Made by a program: the position numbers and the translations under genes. Positions 1-13,331 of a stretch of DNA of 64,000 nucleotides are shown here, in pieces. The DNA comes from Eledone cirrhosa. Taxonomy: Eukaryota. How positions within the stretch are numbered: the stretch's first letter is position 1; each line of letters opens with the position of its first letter. Under the pieces are notes generated by a model that saw only the letters and a program-made list of their open reading frames with translations, was not told where the DNA came from and ran no database searches. The DNA is taken from NCBI GenBank assembly GCA_964016885.1, contig OZ024763.1, positions 4,464,001 through 4,528,000 of the forward strand. Reading direction: 5' to 3'.

Positions 1-661
1 TACACCACACACCACCACACCACTACACTACACCACACACCAAACCACACCACACACTACACCACTACACTTCACCACACTACACCACACACCACACCCC
101 TACACTACACTACACTACACCAACCACACACTACGCTACACCACCACACTAATACACACACCACCACGCTATACCACACCACACACCACCACGCTACACC
201 ACCACACTACACCACACACCACACACTACGCTACACCACCACACTACACCACACGCCACACACCACCACGCTACACCACTACACTACACCACACTACACC
301 ACACACCACCACACTACACTACAGCACCACGCTACACCACACCCCTACACTACACTACACCACCACACTACACCACACACCACCACGCTACACCACACAC
401 CACACCACACACCACACACCACCACGCTACACCACCACACTACACCACACGCCACACACCACCACGCTACACCACTACACTACACCACACTACACCACAC
501 ACCACACACCACCACACTACACCACACACCACACACTACGCTACACCACCACACCACACCACACACCACACACCACCACACTACACCACACGCCACACAC
601 TACGCTACACCACCACATCACACCACACACCACACACCACCACACCACACCACACACCACC
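1..661. repeat. Degenerate CCACA/CTACA/CCA simple repeat (runs off the window start)
   Basis: Continuous mosaic of CACCA, CACTA and CACGCTA units. Confidence 0.95.
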
Positions 662-953
662 ATAATAGATCAGTAATATAAAAACCGTTGTGTATCCCAG
701 ATTCTTCTCTACTCCTCAACATCTTAATCAATTAGTCAGCCCCTAAGTTGATGATATATCGAATATAATCGATAAAGTTTATAACAACCACCAGCTGCTA
801 CCAGTAATAACTCCTCCACACCACCCGCCATCACACCGCCACCACCTTTCCCTTATTTCTGCTATTCTCTGTGTTTGTATGTTTGTGTGTATGTGTATAT
901 TATTATGTGTGCTTTTGATGAAGTGTGTATCAATGTAAAAGATTATATGTGTG

Positions 954-1006
<53 letters not shown>

Positions 1007-1074
1007 ATAAATAATATGCCATAAATAAAACATTTAACTATTGCATTGGATAAAGTGCAAAAATCTAAAACTAT

Positions 1075-1272
1075 CTACACAGATACACACACACACACAC
1101 ACTCAGATACACACACACACACTCAGATACACAAGCACACACACTCAGATACACACACACACACTCAGATACACACACACACACTCAGATACACACACAC
1201 ACACTCAGATACACACACACACCCAGATACACACACACATATATATATATAGAATACTGAGACACAGATGGA

Positions 1273-1333
<61 letters not shown>

Positions 1334-1490
1334 GAATACTTTAGACACAGATGGAATACATACACATGCACACACAAGGAATACAGACACACATACACAC
1401 ACACACACATACACACATACACAAATACACACACACACATGGAATACAGACATAGATACACACACACACACATAAACACGCACGCATGGA

Positions 1491-1537
<47 letters not shown>

Positions 1538-1718
1538 GAATACTTTAGACACAGATGGAATACATACACATGCACACACAAGGAATACAGACACACATAC
1601 ACACATACACACATACATACACAAATACACACACAAATACACACACATGGAATATAGACATAGATCCACACACACACACATCGAATACTTGGTATACACA
1701 CAGACACGCACGCATGGA

Positions 1719-1754
<36 letters not shown>

Positions 1755-1885
1755 TACTCCGACACACAAACACACACTCGGTATACACACATAAACACGC
1801 ACGCATGGAATACACACACACACACACAGAATACTCCGACACACAAACACACACTCGGTATACACACATACAGACACACACGCAT
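1075..1885. repeat. Compound (CA)n microsatellite with recurrent spacer motifs
   Basis: CA runs punctuated by CTCAGATA, ATGGAATA and AGAATACT; a ~200-bp block is duplicated (near 1329 and 1533). Confidence 0.9.
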
Positions 1886-3698
1886 GGAACACACGTACAC
1901 ATGGTTGGAACTGAGTTGCGATGAGCAGTAGTTGGGGTTAAATAGAAGAACTGAAACTGCCAGAGAAGATGTGAGGGAACCAGATTTCACGTTGGACACA
2001 TGGAGAGAGATTAACGGAACACACGTACACATGGTTGGAACTGACTTGCGATGAGCAGTAGTTGGAGTTGAATAGAAGAACTGAAACTGCCAGAGAAGAT
2101 GTGAGGGAACCAGATTTCACGTTGGACACATGGAGAGAGATTAACGGAACACACGTACACATGGTTGGAACTGAGTTGATCGCTGACTTGCGATGAGCAG
2201 TAGTTGGGGTTAAATAGAAGAACTGAAACTGCCAGAGAAGATGTGAGGGAACCAGATTTCACGTTGGACACATGGAGAGAGATTAACGGAACACACGTAC
2301 ACATGGTTGGGACTGAGTTGATCGCTGACTTGCGATGAGCAGTAGTTGGGGTTAAATAGAAGAACTGAAACTGCCAGAGAAGATGTGAGGGAACCAGATT
2401 TCACGTTGGACACATGGAGAGAGATTAACGGAACACACGTACACATGGTTGGGACTGAGTTGATCGCTGACTTGCGATGAGCAGTAGTTGGGGTTAAATA
2501 GAAGAACTGAAGCTGCCAGAGAAGATGTGCGGGAACCAGATTTCACGTTGGACACATGGAGAGAGATTAACGGAACACACGTACACATGGTTGGAACTGA
2601 GTTGATCGCTGACTTGCGATGAGCAGTAGTTGGGGTTGAATAGAAGAACTGAAACTGCCAGAGAAGATGTGAGGGAACCAGATTTCACGTTGGACACATG
2701 GAGAGAGATTAACGGAACACACGTACACATGGTTGGAACTGAGTTGATCGCTGACTTGCGATGAGCAGTAGTTGGGGTTAAATAGAAGAACTGAAACTGC
2801 CAGAGAAGATGTGAGGGAACCAGATTTCACGTTGGACACATGGAGAGAGATTAACGGAACACACGTACACATGGTTGGAACTGAGTTGATCGCTGACTTG
2901 CGATGAGCAGTAGTTGGGGTTAAATAGAAGAACTGAAACTGCCAGAGAAGATGTGAGGGAACCAGATTTCACGTTGGACACATGGAGAGAGATTAACGGA
3001 ACACACGTACACATGGTTGGAACTGAGTTGATCGCTGACTTGCGATGAGCAGTAGTTGGGGTTAAATAGAAGAACTGAAACTGCCAGAGAAGATGTGAGG
3101 GAACCAGATTTCACGTTGGACACATGGAGAGAGATTAACGGAACACACGTACACATGGTTGGGACTGAGTTGATCGCTGACTTGCGATGAGCAGTAGTTG
3201 GGGTTAAATAGAAGAACTGAAACTGCCAGAGAAGATGTGAGGGAACCAGATTTCACGTTGGACACATGGAGAGAGATTAACGGAACACACGTACACATGG
3301 TTGGGACTGAGTTGATCGCTGACTTGCGATGAGCAGTAGTTGGGGTTAAATAGAAGAACTGAAACTGCCAGAGAAGATGTGAGGGAACCAGATTTCACGT
3401 TGGACACATGGAGAGAGATTAACGGAACACACGTACACATGGTTGGGACTGAGTTGATCGCTGACTTGCGATGAGCAGTAGTTGGGGTTAAATAGAAGAA
3501 CTGAAGCTGCCAGAGAAGATGTGCGGGAACCAGATTTCACGTTGGACACATGGAGAGAGATTAACGGAACACACGTACACATGGTTGGAACTGACTTGCG
3601 ATGAGCAGTAGTTGGAGTTGAATAGAAGAACTGAAACTGCCAGAGAAGATGTGAGGGAACCAGATTTCACGTTGGACACATTGGAGAGAGATTAACGG
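1886..3698. repeat. 142-bp minisatellite, 13 units (ten of 142 bp, three of 130 bp)
   Basis: GGAACACACGTACAC recurs at 1886, 2016, 2146, 2288, 2430 ... 3566; the short units lack 12 bp of the GTTGATCGCTGA segment. Confidence 0.97.
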
Positions 3699-4647
3699 GA
3701 ACAAGAATAGCTTCTGAAAAATCCAAGATGTTGTAGTGTCCTACATTCCGCGGGCTCACATACATTCTCTGTGCGTGATTTGCTGGCTTGAAGTTTCCGG
3801 TACAAGAGAGAGATTCTTCAAATCTTCGCGGGGAATTTCTTCCTCGGGGCGCGTAGGGATACATCCTCTTCTACTGGCGCTGATTGGCTGAACTGAGCCA
3901 AATCACGCACAGAGAATGTATGTGAGCCCGCGGAATGTAGGTCACTACAATGTCGTTGGATAGGCAGACGTTCTTCAGCAGCTTGGAGAGAAGACAGGCG
4001 AAACTGGTCCGAGCTCCCTTTGGGATCCTGTTGATGAGTTTTAACTTAGACAAATCCCGGAGGGCAGCGGCAATGTCCTCAACAGAGATCTGAACGTCAG
4101 AGTTAGGTTCAGACCTGCAAAGGCGATCGGAGCTGAAGTGACATTGGTTACCCGTCCAGTTTGAGGAAGTTTCAGCCTGAACATTAGTAATGCCAACACA
4201 GCTTCTATGATAACTTAAGCGAGAGGGGTGATCGTCATTAGGTATCGACTGGTTGGGGGGAGCAGAGATCGAGGTTTGGTGGTGAATTGGCAGCTTCAGA
4301 GGAGACGACCTTAGAATTAGAATCCAGAAGGGGAGGAGAAGATGGTAGAGGTAGGTTAATGATAGAGATAGAGGCTGGAACCGGGTGATGAATGTTAACT
4401 CTAGCAGTGGGATTCGGTTGGGGGAAGGTGACGCTGGAGGCAATGTAGCTGTTACGGGAGTGGTGGGGTGAATAAGAGGTTGAATAGGGCTAGTTTCGAC
4501 TGAATCGGACCATGGAGGAGGGGTGGGGTGTGTGTGCAAGTTAGCTCCCTTGGAATGAGGCGGGAATGTTGGGGAACGCGAGGACAAAGGGTGATAGGAT
4601 GTTACGAAATCCTTCAACCATGTGGGTCTCTTGGTCACTGAGCGCAT
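3699..4647 (-). pseudogene. N-terminal ORF fragment of a CRE-like non-LTR retrotransposon, interrupted by a MITE and truncated in the 142-bp array
   Basis: ATG at 4647 (MRSVTKRPTWLKDFV) leads to INRIPKGARTSFACLLSKLLKNVCLSND. After removing the MITE and single-base indels it continues ILDFQKLFLFPLISLHVSNVKSGSLTSSL. This resembles the pre-RT IPKGAR..L..LL....N....W..L..F motif I recall from CRE-clade elements. No RT is present. Confidence 0.55.
3732..3949. mobile_element. 218-bp MITE with ~51-bp TIRs, TGT...ACA ends and 4-bp TSD (Ginger-like)
   Basis: TGTAGTGTCCTACATTCCGCGGGCTCACATACATTCTCTGTGCGTGATTTG at the left and its reverse complement (1 mismatch) at the right; ATGT at 3728-3731 and 3950-3953. 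Confidence 0.85.
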
Positions 4648-4747
4648 GACCTTAAAATAATTTAGATTTAAATCTAAATAGTGACATATTTTTAAACCGA
4701 ACATCGGTGTTACATCTACCGTTGGATGGACATTTAAAAGGGATGCA

Positions 4748-5608
4748 TGGACCGCATCTGGAGGTTGGGAGCGAGTGGGCCGCACCTGGAGGTTGGGGGC
4801 GAGTGGGCCGCACCTGGAGGTTGGGGGCGAGTGGGCCTCACCTGGAGGTTGGGAGCGAGTGGGCCTCACTTGGAGGTTGGGGGCGAGTGGGCCGCACCTG
4901 GAGGTTGGGAGCGAGTGGGCCTCACTTGGAGGTTGGGAGCGAGTGGGCCGCACCTGGAGGTTGGGAGCGAGTGGGCCGCACCTGGAGGTTGGGGGCGAGT
5001 GGGCCGCACCTGGAGGTTGGGGGCGAGTGGGCCGCACCTGGAGGTTGGGGGCGAGTGGGCCGCACCTGGGGGTTGGGGGCGAGTGGGCCGCACCTGGAGG
5101 TTGGGGGCGAGTGGGCCGCACCTGGAGGTTGGGGGCGAGTGGGCCGCACCTGGAGGTTGGGGGCGAGTGGGCCGCACCTGGGGGTTGGGGGCGAGTGGGC
5201 CGCACCTGGAGGTTGGGGGCGAGTGGGCCGCACCTGGAGGTTGGGGGCGAGTGGGCCTCACCTGGAGGTTGGGAGCGAGTGGGCCTCACTTGGAGGTTGG
5301 GGGCGAGTGGGCCTCACCTGGAGGTTGGGAGCGAGTGGGCCTCACTTGGAGGTTGGGGGCGAGTGGGCCTCACCTGGAGGTTGGGAGCGAGTGGGCCTCA
5401 CTTGGAGGTTGGGGGCGAGTGGGCCGCACCTGGAGGTTGGGGGCGAGTGGGCCTCACTTGGAGGTTGGGGGCGAGTGGGCCTCACTTGGAGGTTGGGGGC
5501 GAGTGGGCCGCACCTGGAGGTTGGGAGCGAGTGGGCCGCACCTGGAGGTTGGGGGCGAGTGGGCCGCACCTGGAGGTTGGGAGCGAGTGGGCCGCACCTG
5601 GAGGTTGG
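4748..5608. repeat. 28-bp G-rich minisatellite, ~30 units
   Basis: Unit GCACCTGGAGGTTGGGGGCGAGTGGGCC with a few recurrent variant positions. Confidence 0.97.
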
Positions 5609-6063
5609 TATTAGCGGTAGTAGTAGTATTAGTGGTAGTAGTAGTATTAGTGGTAGTAGTAGTAGTAGCAGCAGTAGTGGTGGTAGTAGTAGTAGTAGTA
5701 GCAGCAGTAGTAGTAGTAGTAGCAGCAGTAGTAGAAGTAGCAGTAGTAGTGGTGGTAGTAGTAGTAGTAGTAGCAGCAGTAGTAGTAGTAGTAGCAGCAG
5801 TAGTAGTAGTAGCAGTAGTAGTAGTGGTAGCAGTAGTAGTAGTGGTAGCAGTAGTAGTAGTAGTGGTAGCAGTAGTAGTAGCAGCAGCAGCAGTAGCAGT
5901 AGTAGTAGTAGCAGCAGTAGTAGTAGTAGCAGTAGTAGTAGCAGCAGCAGCAGTAGCAGTAGTAGTAGTAGCAGCAGTAGTAGTAGTGGTAGCAGTAGTA
6001 GCAGCAGCAGTAGTAGTGGTAGCAGTAGTAGCAGCAGCAGTAGTAGTAGTAGTAGTAGTGGTA
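5609..6063. repeat. (TAG/CAG/TGG)n compound trinucleotide repeat
   Basis: AGTAGTAGCAGC mosaic. Confidence 0.95.
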
Positions 6064-6204
6064 GAGTTTCATGTAAGAGCTTAACTCGTTAATGTTTACG
6101 GTCATTGCACATCTACATTGATATTTCCACGGCTGAATGGTGCCTGGTTGGTTTTAAATAGTGTTTACAGTGTGTATAGTGTGTATAGTCAGTAGTGTGT
6201 ATAG

Positions 6205-6258
6205 TGTGTATATATGCGCGTACACGCATATATATATATACATATATATATATGCATA

Positions 6259-6296
<38 letters not shown>

Positions 6297-6409
6297 TATG
6301 CATATGCATATATATGTATATATATATGCATATGCATATATATGTATAAGTGTTTTTGTGAGTGTATATATATATGCATATAAGTGTTTTTGTATATATA
6401 TATATATGC

Positions 6410-6490
<81 letters not shown>

Positions 6491-6509
6491 TATATATATA
6501 TATCTATGC

Positions 6510-6545
<36 letters not shown>

Positions 6546-6591
6546 GCATATATATATATATATATATGCATATATATATATATATCTATGC

Positions 6592-6630
<39 letters not shown>

Positions 6631-6714
6631 TTTGCATATATATATATATATATTTGCATATATATATATATATGCATATATATATATATGCATATGCATA
6701 TAAGTGCTTTTGTG

Positions 6715-6747
<33 letters not shown>

Positions 6748-6750
6748 ATC
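6205..6750. repeat. (TA)n tract interrupted by TGCA
   Basis: Direct reading. Confidence 0.95.
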
Positions 6751-7033
6751 ATATGTTTGTGTATATACATGTAATGTGGGTGAGGTGTGGTACAGTTTGA
6801 TGTTAGCAGAAGAGAGAGGGAGAGGAGGAGGTGACAGTTAAATGGGAGGTGTGCAACAGGTAAGTGGGAGCCCTCAAAAGAAGAGCCGGGGGGTTGGGGG
6901 TTGGCTGGTGTGAGCTGTTCAGTGGTTACGGTTGATTGGTTGCCAGGAAACAGAAATACAATGGTAGAAAGACTAAATTACAATAGCTCAGGTAATGATG
7001 CATGAAAATAGTAGTTTATCAAGGTTAAGTGGG

Positions 7034-7081
<48 letters not shown>

Positions 7082-7227
7082 TTTAATAAAGCAGCTTCCT
7101 GATGATTTCTCACGAATGAAACAGTTCTAGTCCTTAAAACATTTATCCTCTGCTATGTATTGAGTACCTTACTCTTACTGTGGTTACCCCAGATTGAACC
7201 CGGAATAACTTATATATATATATATAT

Positions 7228-7715
7228 ATGGTGGCTGCCAACTCGTTTTCGAGTACGGCCACTACTTTATATCCATGTAGGAGAACCCCTACCGATGCGC
7301 TGAACGAGTGTAACTTTTTAGTCCAGCCAGCGACTTGAAAACTCTGGTACAAACACTACACTTGTGACAATTACTGACACATAGTGCTAGGCCCATGGTA
7401 CCATGTGACGACAGGTGCAGAGAGATCTCCAGATATAAAGCAATGCCTGTGCCGTGAAGCTTTTATAGTGAGCAAAGGCACTGCACAAAGCCAGTCCCAC
7501 TCTCTTAACCAAGATGATATTTACCAAAAAGAAGAACAAGTCAACATCATTGGATACCATCAAGGTTGCAGGTGTTATATTAGAGTTTTCCTTCTCCTAG
7601 AATTCTGCCTTGACAAAGGCTAAGGGGTCATCTCTCACGGTGATTTTGGATGGCCATTGACTCTTAAGAGCCCCTTTGCCCTTTGACAAGTTTTGTTTTT
7701 AGTCCTGCAGGATGT
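7228..7715. mobile_element. Dispersed non-coding repeat, copy 1 (probable non-autonomous RTE derivative)
   Basis: Near-identical to 61278-61765 (ORF-track peptides 7384 and 61434 nearly match); a diverged relative lies at 55209-55817. Confidence 0.75.
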
Positions 7716-8080
7716 ATATATATATATACATACATACATACATATATACATACATATATACATATATATAAATATGTGTATGTATGTATGTATGTATGTA
7801 TGTATGTATGTATGTATGTATGTATGTATGTATGTATGTATGTATGGGTGGGTTGTATTCGAGGGTTACGGCAGTTGTGTGCAGAATGCAAATAGAATTA
7901 ACAGAGTTGAAGTGTTGCAGTATATGTACAAACTATATTGGCATATTACAATTGTTTTGATATCAATCAGCACAGGGTACAATCAAGGTGACGGGACCCG
8001 ACTGTTTTTCGACATCTCATCGGATATGCGAGCCTAGATGTGTCTTTGCACATATAACCTCGCATATCCTTTCTTACAGT

Positions 8081-8268
8081 AGTTAGCAGGTCTCCATAGT
8101 TGCCCACATGTTGCCTGATTGTCCTTCACCGTAGTTAGCAGGTCTCCATAGTTGCCCACATGTTGCCTGATTGTCCTTCACCGTAGTTAGCAGGTCTCCA
8201 TAGTTGCCCACATGTTGCCTGATTGTCCTTCACCGTAGTTAGCAGGTCTCCATAGTTGCCCACATGTT
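8081..8268. repeat. 52-bp tandem repeat, ~3.6 units
   Basis: AGTTAGCAGGTCTCC recurs at 8081, 8133, 8185 and 8237. Confidence 0.95.
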
Positions 8269-8951
8269 GTTCATATGGTCCGTATAGAAGAAACCGATGC
8301 TTTTTCTGTAGCATCTAATTTTGAATGTCAATCTTTTTCTCTACAATTTCGCTGTGAATATCCTAACTGTTACGGTAATTTAAATACTCTATAAATCTAA
8401 TAATCTTATTATCTAATTAAGACTTATCTATTTAATTAATTTTACTTAAAATACAAGGCTTCCTTAGGTCATTGAATAAGTCTTTCATAAGTAAACAAAT
8501 CATTTCAGCTTTCATAAGTAAAATCATTTCAGCTTTCATTAGCTTATATCAGATCTTTTAAAATACATGCTTGGCAGTATTCGTTCCAACTCTTTACGTT
8601 CTCAGTTTAATTCACACCGTGGTCATTATTGATTTTCAACAATTAACTATAATAATATGCAAATTAGCATGATGCTACTGTAAGTGTATATAAGGTATAT
8701 AACTCTCTCAATTACCCATTTCCTTGCAATTTCATATATATGTTGATATATATGCCTTCTGACCAGTGAAAGGTGTTTATGAATTTTTTTTAATTTACAG
8801 GAAAATAGGTATATTTAGCAAGTTTACGTGTCTATATCCGGAAGCATGAATACATATATTTATATATTTCGGCAGTCTTAGATACATCTATTCTCTTTCT
8901 ATATATATATATATATATATATATTTAATTATATAATAAACAACACCATTC

Positions 8952-9014
8952 CATTACCAAAGGTTTCAGGAAACTAGACGATCTAACAGAAACGTCCAGT
9001 ATGCTCATCAGATG
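8952..9014 (-). ncRNA. Type I hammerhead ribozyme motif (Penelope pLTR-type)
   Basis: Minus strand: CAU-CUGAUGA-[stem II ACUGGACG/CGUCUAGU]-GAAA-CCUUUGG-UA-AUG; stem I CAU/AUG, GUA triplet. The base of stem II is imperfect. Confidence 0.65.
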
Positions 9015-9056
9015 ATATATTTATGTTTTGGATATAAGATTTTGAAATATATATAA

Positions 9057-9131
<75 letters not shown>

Positions 9132-10363
9132 GAATATAACAAATTCGCAGTTAAAGGACTAACATTTATTATATAATTGACACGTGTTTTGCCAATTTAC
9201 AGGTAAACAAAATCTAGAAATATTAGTCCGATAGGATTTATCGGAAAATTCAATTTCCTATATTTTGTGACAGCATCGAGGTAAATCAACTCTTCAGAAT
9301 TTAACAATGTTTATATTTATGCAGAGTGTCTATAACACACACACGCACGCGCACGCACACACACACACACGCACACACGCACACACACACACAGATATAC
9401 ACACATAAACCGACAAATATAACATTTATACAAATATATATTTGTATCATTCATGCATTCGTTGATATTATTAATATAATTTTGAGCGCACCATGCTGGA
9501 TGGCGAGGAATAAGATCTTTCTTAACTGAAATATGTTTTTCTTATAATAAAACAGTAAATTGCCTCCGAAATGATGAACATATCGATTTATTTGATTTAT
9601 TCTGATTCAGAAACTGCACGAATACTTGAAGAATTTAATCGGATAATAATGACCATCTCAAGCAATTGCAGTGGTCTGACTTGTTTATTTTTCAGTTCAT
9701 ACATACACTAATACACATGGATACATATACATCAAATACAGCAGTTACTCCTACTTTCACCAACTGATGTTGCTAAAGTAAAGAAATATTGATAAATTGG
9801 CACAAAAGTGTCATCAAAAGATAAAATTATCCGTTATTTTTCTTCTTCTTCTTCATTAGATATGTAGACATTTGGTATGTCAATATGTAGACAGGCGATA
9901 TCCTTAATAATTTGTAAGGTGGGAATAGGATTCGGTTATATTATGTTTTAATTTAATATAACGTTTTTAATTCCTCTGAAGAAAGAGCATTATGTGAAAG
10001 TTATTATAAATTAATTTATTTGGTTATTTGTATTTCTGTTTTGCTTATACGAATTACATATAAAACCCTTTCAGTAATTCAATATATAATGCCGACATAC
10101 ACAATGCTGTGGACACATGTGTAAGGGATTTAAAATGATTTGAAAACTAATTCTTATATCTATATATTTGAGATATTTGCTCTGTGGGTATTTCTATCTT
10201 TCCAACCTTATCTCCCTAAAAATATCTTTTTGTTCAGATGAATAATATATAAACACATTGAGCTAATTCTGAAATGTTTTGGCAACTATACACTATCGTA
10301 TATAATTCTTCATATACATTTGAGTTATATATTTTTACCTTTGCTCTCTCTCTATCTTTCTCT

Positions 10364-10407
<44 letters not shown>

Positions 10408-10884
10408 CATATATATATACATACTACTGTACGTCTGTATACATATATGTACACGTACATACATATATGTATATATATATACACACATGCACACATATAT
10501 ATATGTACGTATGGATTCACCGAACATTTATTATAATGCTCGGTGTGTTTGTAAACAAACATCCCGTATTAAGCCGTATTGTCTAGCAACCATCGTTGCT
10601 CGTTTGTTCAACACTGACAAAGGAACGCTGTACTAGTTTCAAGCTTATTAGCTATCGTCAGCAACGTATACCTTCCTCCCAGATGATTGAACGTCTGAAA
10701 GTATATACTTTCCTTATGCATATTAAAATATAAATACTGAGCATTATAACAATAATATATGTAGTAAGAAACACAGTAGATCGTGTGTCTAATATTACGA
10801 GGGTTGAAGAACCACATTTATTTGAAATATTTAACCATGTCTGCTTCATGGTTACAGCCCACATGTTACTCTTCACTCATTTAC

Positions 10885-11249
<365 letters not shown>

Positions 11250-11340
11250 ATATTACATCGGAGGAAACAGACTCACCTGCACACTTCGTCGAGTGCTCTA
11301 ACCTACATACTAAAGTGTCGGTAAGCAACCAACACAAACT

Positions 11341-11396
<56 letters not shown>

Positions 11397-11777
11397 TTAT
11401 AAGAATCAAAGAACTGTTCAAAACATTTTTATGCTTACAACTGTTTCCTCCAAACCGAGGTTTGGATTCTTCGGAGCAATTTATTATTGAATGAACACTT
11501 ATATGACCTCCTTTTCACCCAAGAGACATACAGATACATATGCAAATATTGTGGGTCAACATTCATTACAGCATTTAGTGTGGCAGTACACATTTAGAGA
11601 TTACATTCATATTAAAAGATACAATCAAAAATACAGGTTAAAATACAACATGAAATTAAGCGGTTATAGAGTGCAATAGTTATACGTGTGGCAAGCACGT
11701 GCGTCTTGTTTATATAGTGTGGCAGAGAGTTTTTGTATTTGCATAACCATAAATAGTATACTTAATACTATTTATAT

Positions 11778-12389
11778 CATCATCATCATCATCATCATCA
11801 ACGTTTAACGTCCGTGTTCCACGCTTGCATGGGTTTGGATGGGGGTATTCCCACTTGAGGCAAGAGTGATTGTCTTGCTCGCATAGGACTGTCTGGCAGG
11901 TTTTCTACAGTTGGATGCCCTTCCTAACACCAACCACATTTACAGTGTGGGTCTGGGAGGTTTTTACCGTGTTGTCTACACGGCCACATTACAGCGTGGA
12001 CTGTTTTGTCGTGACTTTTTGTCGTGACACCTACACGATCTCATTTGTTTCGGCCTGGATGGTGTGGCACCAACATAACTTTACATATGAGGGGGTGGTG
12101 TGGATGGGGTGGGGGTGGTGGGACGGGGGTGTATTTTGTTAGAGATGCTTACTGGCTGTAGTAGGTTTTACTATGTATTTAGGTAAGGCGGGTCTTCTCT
12201 ATTACTGAGTACCGCCAAAGGTCTCGGTCCAGTGACATTGTCTTGGAGAGGTGTAAGTGTGTGAGGTCGGAGTTTATCAGCTCGTCCCAGGTTTTTCTAG
12301 GTCTGCCTATTCCGTGGCTACCGTCTATCTTTATTGCCCTGCACTTTGTTATACAGCTATCGACTTTCATGCGCATCACGTGTCCATAC

Positions 12390-12393
<4 letters not shown>
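11778..12393 (-). mobile_element. 3' end of an RTE-clade LINE
   Basis: WYGHVMRM...GRPRKTWDELINSDL...DRDLWR, then a 3' UTR and an (ATG)n tail. Confidence 0.85.
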
Positions 12394-12424
<31 letters not shown>

Positions 12425-12710
12425 TATATAAATTATCGAGAATCGGAACCTCGGCCCACGAAATAACGAAACACAATCTTCGAAATGTGTGGCAAAGTGC
12501 TCAATAGTTTGGATAAACCAGAGCTATAACTAACGTTTAAATACCAACACACTGAGACGATGCTTAAACAATCATTCGCACAGCCGAAAACCTGACCAAG
12601 AAAATTCGGGTCAGACAAATAAAAATATATATATGAATGAAAATTGAAAAATATATATATAAAATAAGAAAATAAATAAGTCAAATGTTTAAAATTTAGC
12701 TTCGTTTATT

Positions 12711-12765
12711 ACTGCTATATATATTTCGGTGACAGCCATCTTTGGCTGTGACCTCTTCAGGTAGT
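12711..12765 (-). ncRNA. Type I hammerhead ribozyme motif
   Basis: ACUAC-CUGAAGA-GGU C ACAGCCA AAGA UGGCUGU C ACC-GAAA-UAUAUA-UA-GCAGU. The core is intact with a G-C pair at the base of stem II; same family as 11042-11103. Confidence 0.75.
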
Positions 12766-12909
12766 CCGAATTAGTGTGGTAGAGACAAGTACATATGTTG
12801 TTGAGGTGTATAACCTTGTCAATACTCTGATATGCCCAGTTCCTGGTCGGGTTGTTATTTCACTGAGGAACTGGAATCATATATACAACCAACATATGCT
12901 CAAAATCAC

Positions 12910-13091
<182 letters not shown>

Positions 13092-13331
13092 CAAATCAAC
13101 ATATAAGAAAGAAGTGCCCATACATCTGGATTCAATCATAGGGAATTTAAAACCACCAACGTGAGGAACATATTAACTACGGAAAGAATGGTGAATATAA
13201 GTCAATTAAAAAAATATATTAAAGTGTATTAACCATCCAATTATAACTAAAAAATATATTAAATTGTATTAACCATCCAATTATAACTACAACATATGGG
13301 ACACGCTCAAAATAGAGAATGTTTCGCTATT

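Noticed and set aside
3731-3950. CACTA (EnSpm) assignment for the MITE
   Set aside because: CACTACAA faces the wrong way for a CACTA terminus; TGT..ACA with an ATGT TSD fits better.
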